Shown: positions 17,755 to 26,701 of the stretch, one piece after another
How positions within the stretch are numbered: position 1 is the stretch's first letter
How the letters are laid out: every line of letters begins with the position of its first letter
Source of the DNA: an uncultured Holophagae bacterium
Lineage (GTDB): Bacteria > Acidobacteriota > Thermoanaerobaculia > Thermoanaerobaculales > Sulfomarinibacteraceae
Length of the DNA: 64,000 bases
Assembly (NCBI GenBank): GCA_963844865.1
Contig: CAWJPY010000020.1
Coordinates: forward strand, 48,298-112,297
Reading direction: 5' to 3'
The notes under the pieces: generated by a model
The model's database searches: none
Seen by the model: the letters and a program-made list of their open reading frames with translations, nothing else
What the model was told of the DNA's origin: nothing
Made by a program: the position numbers and the translations under genes

Positions 17755-17821
17755 GGTGCCAGGCACCTCGTCTTGATTCGACAGTACGCACATCGCTTCA
17801 TGCGAAAGGGTGCCTGGCACC
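17755..17821 (+). repeat. X element copy f (subfamily 1, reference copy)
   Basis: GGTGCCAGGCACC, then tcgtcttgattcgacagtacgcacatcgcttcatgcgaaag, then GGTGCCTGGCACC. Confidence 0.9.
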
Positions 17822-17854
17822 GGCTCTCGTGCTCCCCGAAGTGACGCCTTTCGC

Positions 17855-17981
17855 GACGCGCTGATTCTGTCGACGCGTTCCCCGAGGTTGCCACCGCTGA
17901 CACTTTCACAACCTCGAGCCACGCTCCAGCGGATGGTGTCACCCGTGAAAGTGTCACCAGTGGCACGCCCGAGGGAGGGGC
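17855..17981 (+). repeat. Y element copy 4
   Basis: Arms are TTGCCACCGCTGACACTTTCAC and GTGAAAGTGTCACCAGTGGCA. The apex is unrelated to other copies. Confidence 0.85.
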
Positions 17982-18039
17982 TGAGGCGTAGCGCTCCGGG
18001 AGCACCAGAGACTCGTGAGTCGCTGGCCCGCCTGGGCCG

Positions 18040-18118
18040 AACGCTGCCGCCGAACGCTGCCAGCTGCTGCGGACGCTGCTCACGGGCGCTGCTCGCGGAC
18101 GCGGACGCGGGGGTAGGG
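18040..18118. repeat. Z arm (CGCTG sense) with 13-mer gccgccgaacgct (about 1.8 copies) and the end motif gcggacgcggacgcggggg
   Basis: gaacgctgccgccgaacgctgccagctgctgcggacgctgctc..gcggacgcggacgcggggg. Confidence 0.6.
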
Positions 18119-18173
18119 CGGTTGTCCCGGCAGCGCCGATGTGCTCCAATCCCGGGGCACGGGGGAGGACGCC

Positions 18174-19292
18174 ATGGACGTGGGAGTGGTCAAGGATCGA
18201 CGGCGGTTCGAGCACCGGGTGGGCCTGACCCCCGGGGGCGTCAAGGCCATCATCGACCGCGGGCACCGGGTGTGGGTGGAGAGCGACGCCGGGCTGGACG
18301 CCGGCTTCGCCAACGCAGTCTACGAGGCCCAGGGGGCGACCATCGTCTACTCCGAGGAGGAGGTCCTCCTCCGTTCGGAGATGGTGCTGCGGGTGTCGCC
18401 GCCGGATCCGGCCGACTACGGACGCTTCCAGCCCGGCCAAGTGGTGGTGTCCTCCTGGCACCTGGCCGTGGCGTCGGCCGATGCGCTCGCCACCTTGCTC
18501 GAGCGAGAGGTGACGGCCGTGGGTTACGAGATCATCGAGGAGGACGACGGCCATGCCCCGGTGCGCGAGGCCATGAGCGAGATCGCGGGCCGCATCGCGG
18601 TGATCGTGGGGTCGGGCCTGCTGCTGAACGAGTTCGGGGGCAAGGGGCTCGTGATCTGCGGCTCCCCCGGGATCCCGCCGGCGTCGTTGGTGATCCTGGG
18701 GGCCGGCACCCTGGGGCGGGCCGCCACCCGTTTCGCCCGCGGCATCGGCGCCCACGTGGTGGTCCTGGACCGTGATGTCAGCGCCCTGCGCCGGCTGCAC
18801 ACCCAGATCGGCGCCGAGGTGCCCACCATGATGGCGACGCGCCGCAATCTGGAAAAGGCGCTGACCTTCGCCGACATCTTCCTGTGCGCGGTGGCGGTGC
18901 CCGGGGAGCGGGCGCCCCAGCTGCTGACCCGGGACATGCTGGGGCTGATGAAGCCGCGCTCCATCCTCATGGACCTGTCCATTGACCAGGGCGGGTGCTG
19001 CTCAACGTCGCGGCCCACCGACTTCTCCAATCCCACGTACGAGGTGGACGACGTCATCCACTTCTGCGTGCCCAACCTGCCGTCCACCGCGTCCCGGGCC
19101 TCCACCCGGGCCCTCACCAACTCCATGCTGCCCTACCTGGAGGCCATCGTGGACCAGGGGTTCGAGGGGGCGGTGCGCGCCAACTCGGCCCTGCGGCGGG
19201 GCACCTACACCCACCGCGGGAGCTGCGTCCGGCCGGGATTGGCGGCGGACTTCGGCTTGCCCTACGTGGATCTCAGCGAGGCCGAGTCATGA
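18174..19292 (+). CDS. alanine dehydrogenase/PNT-family NAD(H)-binding protein
   Basis: FEHRVGLTPGGV and Rossmann VILGAGTLGRAA. ATG 18174 follows GGGGGAGGA. Confidence 0.7.
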   Translation: MDVGVVKDRRRFEHRVGLTPGGVKAIIDRGHRVWVESDAGLDAGFANAVYEAQGATIVYSEEEVLLRSEMVLRVSPPDPADYGRFQPGQVVVSSWHLAVASADALATLLEREVTAVGYEIIEEDDGHAPVREAMSEIAGRIAVIVGSGLLLNEFGGKGLVICGSPGIPPASLVILGAGTLGRAATRFARGIGAHVVVLDRDVSALRRLHTQIGAEVPTMMATRRNLEKALTFADIFLCAVAVPGERAPQLLTRDMLGLMKPRSILMDLSIDQGGCCSTSRPTDFSNPTYEVDDVIHFCVPNLPSTASRASTRALTNSMLPYLEAIVDQGFEGAVRANSALRRGTYTHRGSCVRPGLAADFGLPYVDLSEAES

Positions 19293-20587
19293 GCTGGATG
19301 GATGTCTACAGGGGGCGCATGACCTCCGCCGAGGAGGCGGTGGGGGTGATCCGCTCCGGCCAGCGGGTGTGGATCCACCCCGGCTGCAACACGCCGGAGC
19401 GTCTGGTGGGCGCCATGGTGGCGCGGGCGGACGAGCTGGAGAACGTGGAGGTGGTGCACATCCTGACCCTGGGGAGAGCGCCCTACGCCGAGCCCGAGAT
19501 GGCCGGCCACTTCCGGCACCGGTCCCTGTTCACCGGCGCCAACGTGCGGGAGGCGGTGAACGAGGGTCGCGCCGACTTCGTCCCCGTCCACCTCCACGAG
19601 GTGCCGTCGCTGATCACGCGTGGGCTCCTCACCATCGACGTGGCCCTGGTCCACCTCTCCCCGCCCGACGAGCACGGCTTCTGCTCCTACGGAGCGGGTG
19701 TGGACGCCACCAAGACCGCCGTGGAGCATGCCGCCACGGTGGTGGCCCTCATCAACCGCCAGATGCCGCGCACCCTGGGAGACTCCTTCGTCCACGTGTC
19801 CAAGCTCACCCACGTGGTGGAGACCGACGAGCCGGTGCTGGAGATGCCCATGACGTCCGGTGTGTCGGAGGTGGCGCGGCAGATCGGGGAGCACGTCGCC
19901 TCACTGATCCCCGACGGCGCCACGCTGCAGATGGGCATCGGCGAGATCCCGGACGCGGTGCTCATGTACCTCGAGGACAAGAAGGACCTCGGCGTGCACA
20001 CCGAGATGTTCTCCGACGGCCTGGTGAGCCTGTTCGAGGCGGGGGTCATCACCAACGAGCGCAAGACCCTCCACCGGGGGAAGATCGTCACCTCCTTCGT
20101 GATCGGGACGCGGAAGGCCTTCGACTTCGTGGACAACAACCCGTTCATGGAGTTCCACCCCAACGAGTACGTGAACGATCCCTTCGTGATCGCCCAGAAC
20201 GAGAGCATGGTGGCCATCAACTCGGCGCTCTCGGTGGACCTCACGGGGCAGGTGTGTGCGGACTCCATCGGCCGGCGGATCTACTCTGGCTTCGGTGGCC
20301 AGCTGGACTTCATGCGCGGCGCGGCCGCCGCCAAGAACGGGGTGCCCGTCATCGCCATGCCCTCGACGGCCAAGGGAGGCGAGATCTCACGCATCGTGGA
20401 TACCCTGGCTGAAGGATCAGGGGTGGTCACCACCCGGGCCGACGTCCACCACGTGGTCACGGAGCACGGCATCGCCCATCTCTTCGGGCGCAGCCTCAGG
20501 GAGCGGGCGCGGCAGCTCATCGACATCGCCCATCCCGACTTCCGGGAGGAGCTGGAGCGCGCCGCCGCCGAGCGCCACCTCCTGTAG
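19289..20587 (+). CDS. acetyl-CoA hydrolase/transferase family (4-hydroxybutyrate CoA-transferase-like)
   Basis: 432 aa. The ATGA overlaps the previous stop. Motifs GIGEIPDAV, SALSVDLTGQVCADS and GFGGQLDF. Confidence 0.8.
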   Translation: MSWMDVYRGRMTSAEEAVGVIRSGQRVWIHPGCNTPERLVGAMVARADELENVEVVHILTLGRAPYAEPEMAGHFRHRSLFTGANVREAVNEGRADFVPVHLHEVPSLITRGLLTIDVALVHLSPPDEHGFCSYGAGVDATKTAVEHAATVVALINRQMPRTLGDSFVHVSKLTHVVETDEPVLEMPMTSGVSEVARQIGEHVASLIPDGATLQMGIGEIPDAVLMYLEDKKDLGVHTEMFSDGLVSLFEAGVITNERKTLHRGKIVTSFVIGTRKAFDFVDNNPFMEFHPNEYVNDPFVIAQNESMVAINSALSVDLTGQVCADSIGRRIYSGFGGQLDFMRGAAAAKNGVPVIAMPSTAKGGEISRIVDTLAEGSGVVTTRADVHHVVTEHGIAHLFGRSLRERARQLIDIAHPDFREELERAAAERHLL

Positions 20588-20764
20588 GACGTTAGCAGTT
20601 AGAAGATAGAAGGCCGCCCGCCCACCCTCGCCACTCCATGCGACGGCGCGAGAGGTGAGGTGTGTCCCCTCCCACCAGCGGCGGTGCCGGAGCAGCGACC
20701 ATGACCGCGACAGCGGTGGCGGCAGTTAACAGCGTCCCCGGCACGTCTCTGAACGGGGTGATCG

Positions 20765-21024
20765 TCATGGTTTCGGGTTGAGCAGGCGCCAAGTCATTGC
20801 CCGCACACGGTCGAAGCGATCCAGCGCGGCCTGCGCCGAGGACCGACTGACAGCTCCCGTTGCGGCGAGGAGCCGCAGATGGCTGACCTCTCGCTTCGGG
20901 AGCACCAGAGAGGGTGCCAGGCACCGCCGCACATGAAGCGAAAGGGATTCTCGAACCGTTTTCGACGGTGCCTGGCACCCGCTCTGCCGCACCGGCCGTG
21001 GCCTTCCGCGAGATTCGCGGCCAC
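20765..21024 (-). pseudogene. four-helix-bundle protein remnant (5' half missing, X element replacement, frame broken)
   Basis: (V)AANLAEGHGR, then X-encoded ..GARHRRKRFENPFRFMCGGAWHPLWCSRSE, then in another frame HLRLLAATGAVSRSSAQAALDRFDRVRAMTWRLLNPKP. Confidence 0.75.
20913..20979 (+). repeat. X element copy g (subfamily 2)
   Basis: GGTGCCAGGCACC, then gccgcacatgaagcgaaagggattctcgaaccgttttcgac, then GGTGCCTGGCACC. Confidence 0.85.
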
Positions 21025-21151
21025 CGGCTACGTTCTCAGACGAACGACCCGGAGGCGACCATGCCGCCGAACGCTGCCGCCGAACGCTGCCCCGGCACCG
21101 TTGCGGGTGGGAGGGGGCACTTCTGACTTCTAACTTCTAACTTCTAACGTC

Positions 21152-22426
21152 TCACTTCCCTGTCACCGCGCGCCGCGCCCGGCCCAGGGCCACGTAGGCC
21201 ACGAGGACCTCGAAGCGGGCCGGCTCGAGAGGGAACCGGTACCGGCGAACGACGGTCGGCCCCCCGCCTGCGGCCACGGCGATGATCGCGGTGCCTGCCG
21301 GCACCCCGTCGGCGGCGGACGCCGTCCCGACGGTGGCGACGCCGACGCCGGCGGAGAAGCGGCGACGCACCGCCTCGGCCATGAGGACAGCCGCCTCGTC
21401 ACTGAGGAGGCCGGCTCGCTCCAGGTCGGCCGGCGGGATATCGAGCCCGCCGCTGACGCTGGGAAGGGTAGGGGCCAGGACACCGCCAAGGTAGACCTCT
21501 CCGACCCCGGCGACCGGGTCCAGGAGCTGGGCCACGGCGCCGGCGGTGCAGCCCTCGGCCGCGGCCAGGGTCGTCCCGTGACGCTGGAGGTCCTCCACCA
21601 CGCTTTCGGCGAAGGTGGTGTCCACCCGCCCCGGGCCCCAGGCGTAGACGTGCCTGCCGAGGCGTTGCCTGGCATCCGCCGCGATGCCTGCGAGCAGCTC
21701 GTTGCCACGGTCGTCGGCGATCCCGCGCAGCACCAGGCGCACGTGGATCTCAGGAAAGGTGGCCCGGTACTGCACCACGAGCTCCGAGCCCTCGGGGAGG
21801 TCCGCGCCGAGGCCCTCGAGCCGGCGTGCCACGTCACTTTCCCCCGCCCCGAAGATCTTGAGCACGGCCACGTCGGGCAGGGCCGGTCGCAGCCGGACAC
21901 GGAGCTCGGGGAGCACCGTCGTCTCGAAGATGTCCACGATCTCCCGGGGGACACCGGGCATGAAGTAGAGCCGGCAGCCGTCCGCGTCCACGGCGAACCC
22001 CACCGCAGTGCCCGAAGGGTTGGGGAGGATGGCTGCGCCTGCGGGGAGATCCGCCTGCTTCTCGTTGTTGGGGCTCATGGGGCGGCCACGGGCGGCGAAG
22101 AAGTCCCGGACGTGACGGAGCGCCTCGGGTGAGCGGACCAGGGGAACGCCGAAGGCCTCGGCCGCGCAGGCGGCGGTGAGGTCGTCACCGGTAGGTCCCA
22201 GCCCCCCGGAGACCAGCACCACGTCGCAGCGTGGGGCCATCTGGCGGAGGGCCGTCACCACCTCCGGGAGGTCATCGCCCACCGAGGTGTGGCGGACCAC
22301 CCGGTAGCCCTCGCCGTCCAGCCGCTCGGAGAGGGCCGCCGCGTTGGTGTCCACCAGCCGGCCCTCGATGAGCTCGTCCCCGATGGTCAGGATCTCGATC
22401 CGATTCGTTCCGCGTGTCAAGGTCAC
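21152..22426 (-). CDS. cinA: competence/damage-inducible protein CinA (MoCF-binding plus PncC-like nicotinamide-nucleotide amidase domains)
   Basis: 424 aa with ILTIGDELIEGRLVDTNAA..VSGGLGPTGDDLT and C-terminal ..GCTAGAVAQLL. GTG start. Confidence 0.85.
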   Translation of the reverse strand: MTLTRGTNRIEILTIGDELIEGRLVDTNAAALSERLDGEGYRVVRHTSVGDDLPEVVTALRQMAPRCDVVLVSGGLGPTGDDLTAACAAEAFGVPLVRSPEALRHVRDFFAARGRPMSPNNEKQADLPAGAAILPNPSGTAVGFAVDADGCRLYFMPGVPREIVDIFETTVLPELRVRLRPALPDVAVLKIFGAGESDVARRLEGLGADLPEGSELVVQYRATFPEIHVRLVLRGIADDRGNELLAGIAADARQRLGRHVYAWGPGRVDTTFAESVVEDLQRHGTTLAAAEGCTAGAVAQLLDPVAGVGEVYLGGVLAPTLPSVSGGLDIPPADLERAGLLSDEAAVLMAEAVRRRFSAGVGVATVGTASAADGVPAGTAIIAVAAGGGPTVVRRYRFPLEPARFEVLVAYVALGRARRAVTGK

Positions 22427-22560
22427 CGTCGTCTCCCATCGATGGGTGCAGCATGCTCCGAGCGGGACCGACGGTCAATCCCGACCGGTTCCGATGAGCA
22501 CTCGTCGCGATATGCCATGGGAATATCTCGACTCGTGGTCCGATATACTTGACGCACACC

Positions 22561-25500
22561 ATGGTCCAGCGAGTCGATTCGGCGCGGCCGCAGTCGGGGG
22601 CGTTGCTGGCCAACCTGGAGGAGACCCGGCGCGAGGTGGTGGTCCCACCCCGCTTCCAGCTTCTCCTCGATGCGGTGGAGCGCTACTACGGTGTCCGCCA
22701 GGTGGCGGACAAGCTCCTCGTGGAGCTCTTCCATCCCCTGCGCAACCTGGATGAGGTGGCGGGGCTGCTCAAGAACCTCACCGGCAGCGCGTTTTCCTAC
22801 TACGAGCGCACCGACGAGCGCGTGCGCTGCGCCGAGCTCATGGATGAGCTGTTCGGTGAGCTGTACGACGGCGTCGAGGACACCACGGCGCTGACAGGCC
22901 TGGTGGGCTCCCATCTGGAGCTCTTCGAGAACCTGCGCCGCTCGCCCCACGCCTCCTCGTACCGGGAGGTGGCGGGCACGATCTTGGAGCGACTGCTCGA
23001 GGTGCAGGCCCGCGACGGGCGGCCGCTGCTCCGCTTCGCCACGCAGCTCCGCCGCGTCGGGCGCAGCCTCCCCGACGACGGCGAGCTGACCGGGTCCTGC
23101 TCCCGCCTCTATGCCGGCGTGGTCAGGCTGGGCCTGGACGTCTTCTGGAGCCAGGTGGACCTCGGCGGATGGGCGGGCGGCCACCCGCCCGAGACGGCGG
23201 CCTCCCTCCGGTCCATCGTGGCCACGCCGCTGGCGCGCGCGGTGTCCACCGCCCGCGCCGCGCTCGCAGGCAGGGAGGATTCGGCGCGCGTGCTGGAGCT
23301 GCCGCACCTGGACGAGCTCCTCGACCAGACGCTGGAGCGGTCCCGTGACCTGCCGGGTGCCATCGAGCGCATCGGCCTGTATGTGCACCTGGCCGGAGTG
23401 CCGGAGCTCACCCACCGCAACATGGAGGTCCTGAGGGCCCTCTACTTCGCCATCGAGAGCGTGTGCGCCTCCGGAAGCGGGGACGACATCGTGCGTGCGG
23501 TGGACCTGATCACCGATCATCTGGCGGTCTGCGAGCCCGCCCACAAGCGGCTGCTCTACAAGTGCCTGGAGAAGCTGGGAGGCGGCATCGCGCGCGGAAG
23601 CGATGACGCGCTGGTCCGGCACTTCGTGGAGCGCGCCATCGCCACCGGCTTCGAGGCGCCGGACATCCGCGGCGTGTCCGAGGAGTGGCAGACCTTCGTC
23701 AACCCGCACCACCTGCCCTGCCTGCGGGCCTGGCTGGCGGTGATCGAGCGCGATCCCATCACCTTCGAGGAGCTGCTGTCGGCGCTGCTCATCAACCTCC
23801 ACTTCCGGGGCGTGTTCGTGGCCGACACGGACCTCTTCCAGCGCGACATCTCGGCGCTCCTGAACAGCGACATCGCCGACGCCTTCAACCTCATCGTCCA
23901 GCTCGTGGGCTACTTCCCGGTGTTCTTCAACGAGGTGGGCTCGGAGGGGGAGCTGCGCGAGGTCTCGACCCGCATCGACCAGCTCCTGCACCGGCGCGAC
24001 CCGGTGATCCACTTCCTGCGCAAGCAGTCCCACGCCGAGAGCAACAACCGCCTGGTGGGGTTTGCCGCCGCGGTGTACCGCTACTGGCGAACCGGCGCCG
24101 CCGAGCCGCTGGCCGGCTATCTTCCCGCGGCGGTGCTCGCGGAGCTGGATCAGGACGCGGACTGGAACCAAGCCACCCACCGCGTTGTGGAGGCCCTGGC
24201 TCGGCAGGGGATCACAGAGGAGAGGCTGGACAAGGTGTCCCTCGCGGACCTGGAGGAGGCCCTCGCCACCAGCGGCGTTGACGACGAGGTGGCCCGGGAA
24301 CGGGTCCTCCTGCTGGTGAGGCTGTACCGTCTGCTGAAGGCCAAGTACTCCTACGATCCCGGGCACCTGCTGGCGCAGATGGAGCTGTCGCCCCTCCTCT
24401 CCCGGGAGGCCCGCGAGCGCTTCGCCGTGGCCTGCGCCCAAGGCGACCACCTCCTGATCGTGAGCGCCGGCAACGGGGTGCTCGAGGAGCTGAAGGACAC
24501 CATCATCGACGGCAAGGTCACCGAAGCCTTCGAGAACATCTACCACAAGCGCCACATCGCGGCCGGCATCCCGTCCATGTACGGCACGTACTCGGAGCCC
24601 AAGTTCGACGCCATGGGCCTGTTCCTGCGCGTCATGCAGTTTTTGAAGCCGCACCTGGAGGGGTGCGTCGCCGACTTCAACTTCCGCTACATGACCAGGG
24701 AGTCCATCCGCGCGGCCCACGGCATCATGGCCGAGATGCTCAGGGGCCTGCGCATCGCCGGCCTCAGGGTCCAGCACCTGACCTCGAAGCTGGGCATCCT
24801 GGAACGGGGCATCGCTCTGGGGACCCTCTCGGCGGCCCAGTTCCTGAACATCCTGGACTTCATGTCGGAAGCGCTCAACGACGTCGTCGAGTCCAACTAC
24901 ATCGCGCTGCATGACACCAATCTGGAGCGCATGGCGCGGCGGTTGGCCGAGGAGTGCGGAGCGGAGGATGCGGCCGGGGACGACAAGGGCAGGCTGTCGG
25001 AGCGCTTCCTCCGCGACGTCATCTCGTCGACCTACGCCATCCAGGAGCTCGACCTCATCCTGCGCCGGATGCGGCAGAGCCTGCGCAGCATGACGGCCTC
25101 CCTGTCGGACGCCATCTGCGCCGTGATCCTCACCTACACCCCGACCCGCCTGGTCTCCCACATCCACGATCCCCTGGCCGAGCACGAGGACCAGCTCTGC
25201 CTCGGCTACAAGGGCTACTCCCTCAAGGTCGTCCGGGCCCTCGGCCTGCCGGTGCCGGACGGGTTCGTGATCTCCACCGAGCTGTTCCGTCTCCTGCCCG
25301 CCCTCGGCTACGAGGACCTCATGGCGGACACCAGGGAGCGGCTGCGCGGCGGCCGTGGCCCGCCTCGAGGAGATCAGCGGCCGCCGCCTCGGTGATCCGA
25401 CGCGACCGCTGCTGCTGTCGGTGCGTTCGGGCGCCGCCTTCTCCATGCCCGGCATGATGGACACCATCCTGAACGTGGGCCTCAACGAGGAGGTGATCGC

Positions 25501-26682
25501 CGGCATGTCGGGGACCCCCGAGGCCGCATGGGGCGCCTGGGATTGCTACCGTCGCTACCTCCAGAACGTGGCCATGTCGCGGGGCGCCGAGCGCGACCAC
25601 TTCGACCAGATCATGCTGCGCTTCAAGGAGCGCCACCGGGTAGAGCGCAAGACCGAGTTCACGCCGACCCAGATGCGGGACATGGCGCTGGCCTACCGAG
25701 ACCTGGCGGCACGCAGGAGGGCGTGGAGCTCACGGACGACCCTCTCGAGCAGCTCACGGAGTCGGTGTTCCTGGTGATGCGGTCGTGGGAGTCGGAGCCG
25801 GCGCGCATCTACCGCTCCCAGCTCCAGCTCGCCGACGCGTGGGGGACCGCCGTCATCGTGCAGCAGATGGTGTTCGGCAACATGAACGCCTCCTCGGGTT
25901 CGGGAGTGGTCTTCACCCGCAACCCCCGCTCCTCCTCCACCGGCATCGGCCTGTTCGGGGACTTCACGCGCTGCTCGCAGGGAGAGGATGTGGTGGGCGG
26001 GCTGGTGCATCCCTATCCCGTCAGCGAGAAGCAGCGCCTGGAGTACTCGCCGCAGCTCGACATCTCCCTGGAGTCCCAGTTCCCGGACATCTACGGGCGG
26101 CTGCGGGCGATCGCGTCGGAGCTCATCAACGAGCACGGCTACGAGCACCAGGAGATCGAGTTCACGTTCTCCTCGGGCGCGGCCGAGGACCTCTCCATCC
26201 TCCAGATCCGCCCGATGCGCCTGTTGAGGCAGCAGGCGCTGCCGGTCTTCGTGGACGCCGAGGCGGCGCGGGCGGCGCTGGTCGCCACCGGCATCGGCGT
26301 CTCGGGGGGCGCCCTGTCGGGCCGGGTGGCGTTCAGCCTGGTCGACGTGCGCAGATGCCGGGAGCAGCATCCCGACGACGGCGTGATCCTGCTGCGGCCC
26401 GACACCGTGCCGGAGGACATCCACCTGGTGCTCGGGGTGGATGGGCTACTGACCGCCCGGGGAGGGTTCACCTCCCACGCCGCCGTCACCGCCAAGCGAC
26501 TGGGCAAGTGCTGCGTGGTCAACTGCAAAGCACTCGTTGTGGACGACACCAACAACCTGGCTCGGATCGGCGGACGGGCGCTCCTCGCCGGAGACCCCAT
26601 CGCCATCGATGGGCTGTCGGGTCGGGTCTATCTGGGCGAGCACGCCGTCACCGAGATGGTGACGCCGGTCCGTGTGACCTGA
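22561..26682 (+). CDS. orphan dikinase: ~900-aa uncharacterised N-terminal region, then a PPDK-type ATP-grasp domain and a phosphohistidine swivel domain, with no TIM-barrel PEP/pyruvate domain and two compensating frameshifts
   Basis: LLLSVRSGAAFSMPGMMDTILNVGLN, GTAVIVQQMVFGN, GVVFTRNP, CSQGEDVVGG and RGGFTSHAAVTAKRLGK. Frame changes fall near 25345-25352 and 25708-25712. An alternative TTG start is at 22549. Confidence 0.75.
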
Positions 26683-26701
26683 GGGGGGCGAGGAGAAGGG
26701 C

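Larger units (their letters stand above)
20588..21151 (-). mobile_element. four-helix-bundle cassette 2 (degraded), filling the whole gap between two convergent stop codons
   Basis: Outer inverted heptamer arrays are gttagcagttagaagatagaagg (20591-20613) and cttctgacttctaacttctaacttctaac (21120-21148). Inner inverted repeats are gtcccctcccacc..ggtgccgg and ccggcacc..ggtgggagggggcac. CAGCG and CGCTG arms lie inside those. Confidence 0.6.

Noticed and set aside
17755-17821. The TGGCAC inside every GGTGCCTGGCACC palindrome as a sigma-54 -24 element.
   Set aside because: The sequence 5 nt downstream is CTGG or CTCG, not TTGC/TGCA. The motif occurs at gene 3' ends and in both orientations. Only the two sites at 39748 and 50951 have a proper -12 element.
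22490-22560. A possible sigma-70 promoter or leaderless start for the dikinase gene (TATACT 7 nt before the TTG/ATG region).
   Set aside because: The -35 region is poor (GAATAT) and the start codon is ambiguous (TTG 22549 versus ATG 22561). The evidence is too weak to annotate.
22423-25506. Very long antisense or overlapping ORFs. Examples: 22423..25506(-) 1027 aa, 3313..4815(-), 4973..6439(-), 39867..41750(-), 41356..43203(-), 1012..1896(-) and 13873..14982(-).
   Set aside because: These are shadow ORFs typical of high-GC DNA. They are Arg/Pro/Gly/Ala-rich, carry no recognisable motifs, and each overlaps a gene on the other strand or frame that has clear family signatures.
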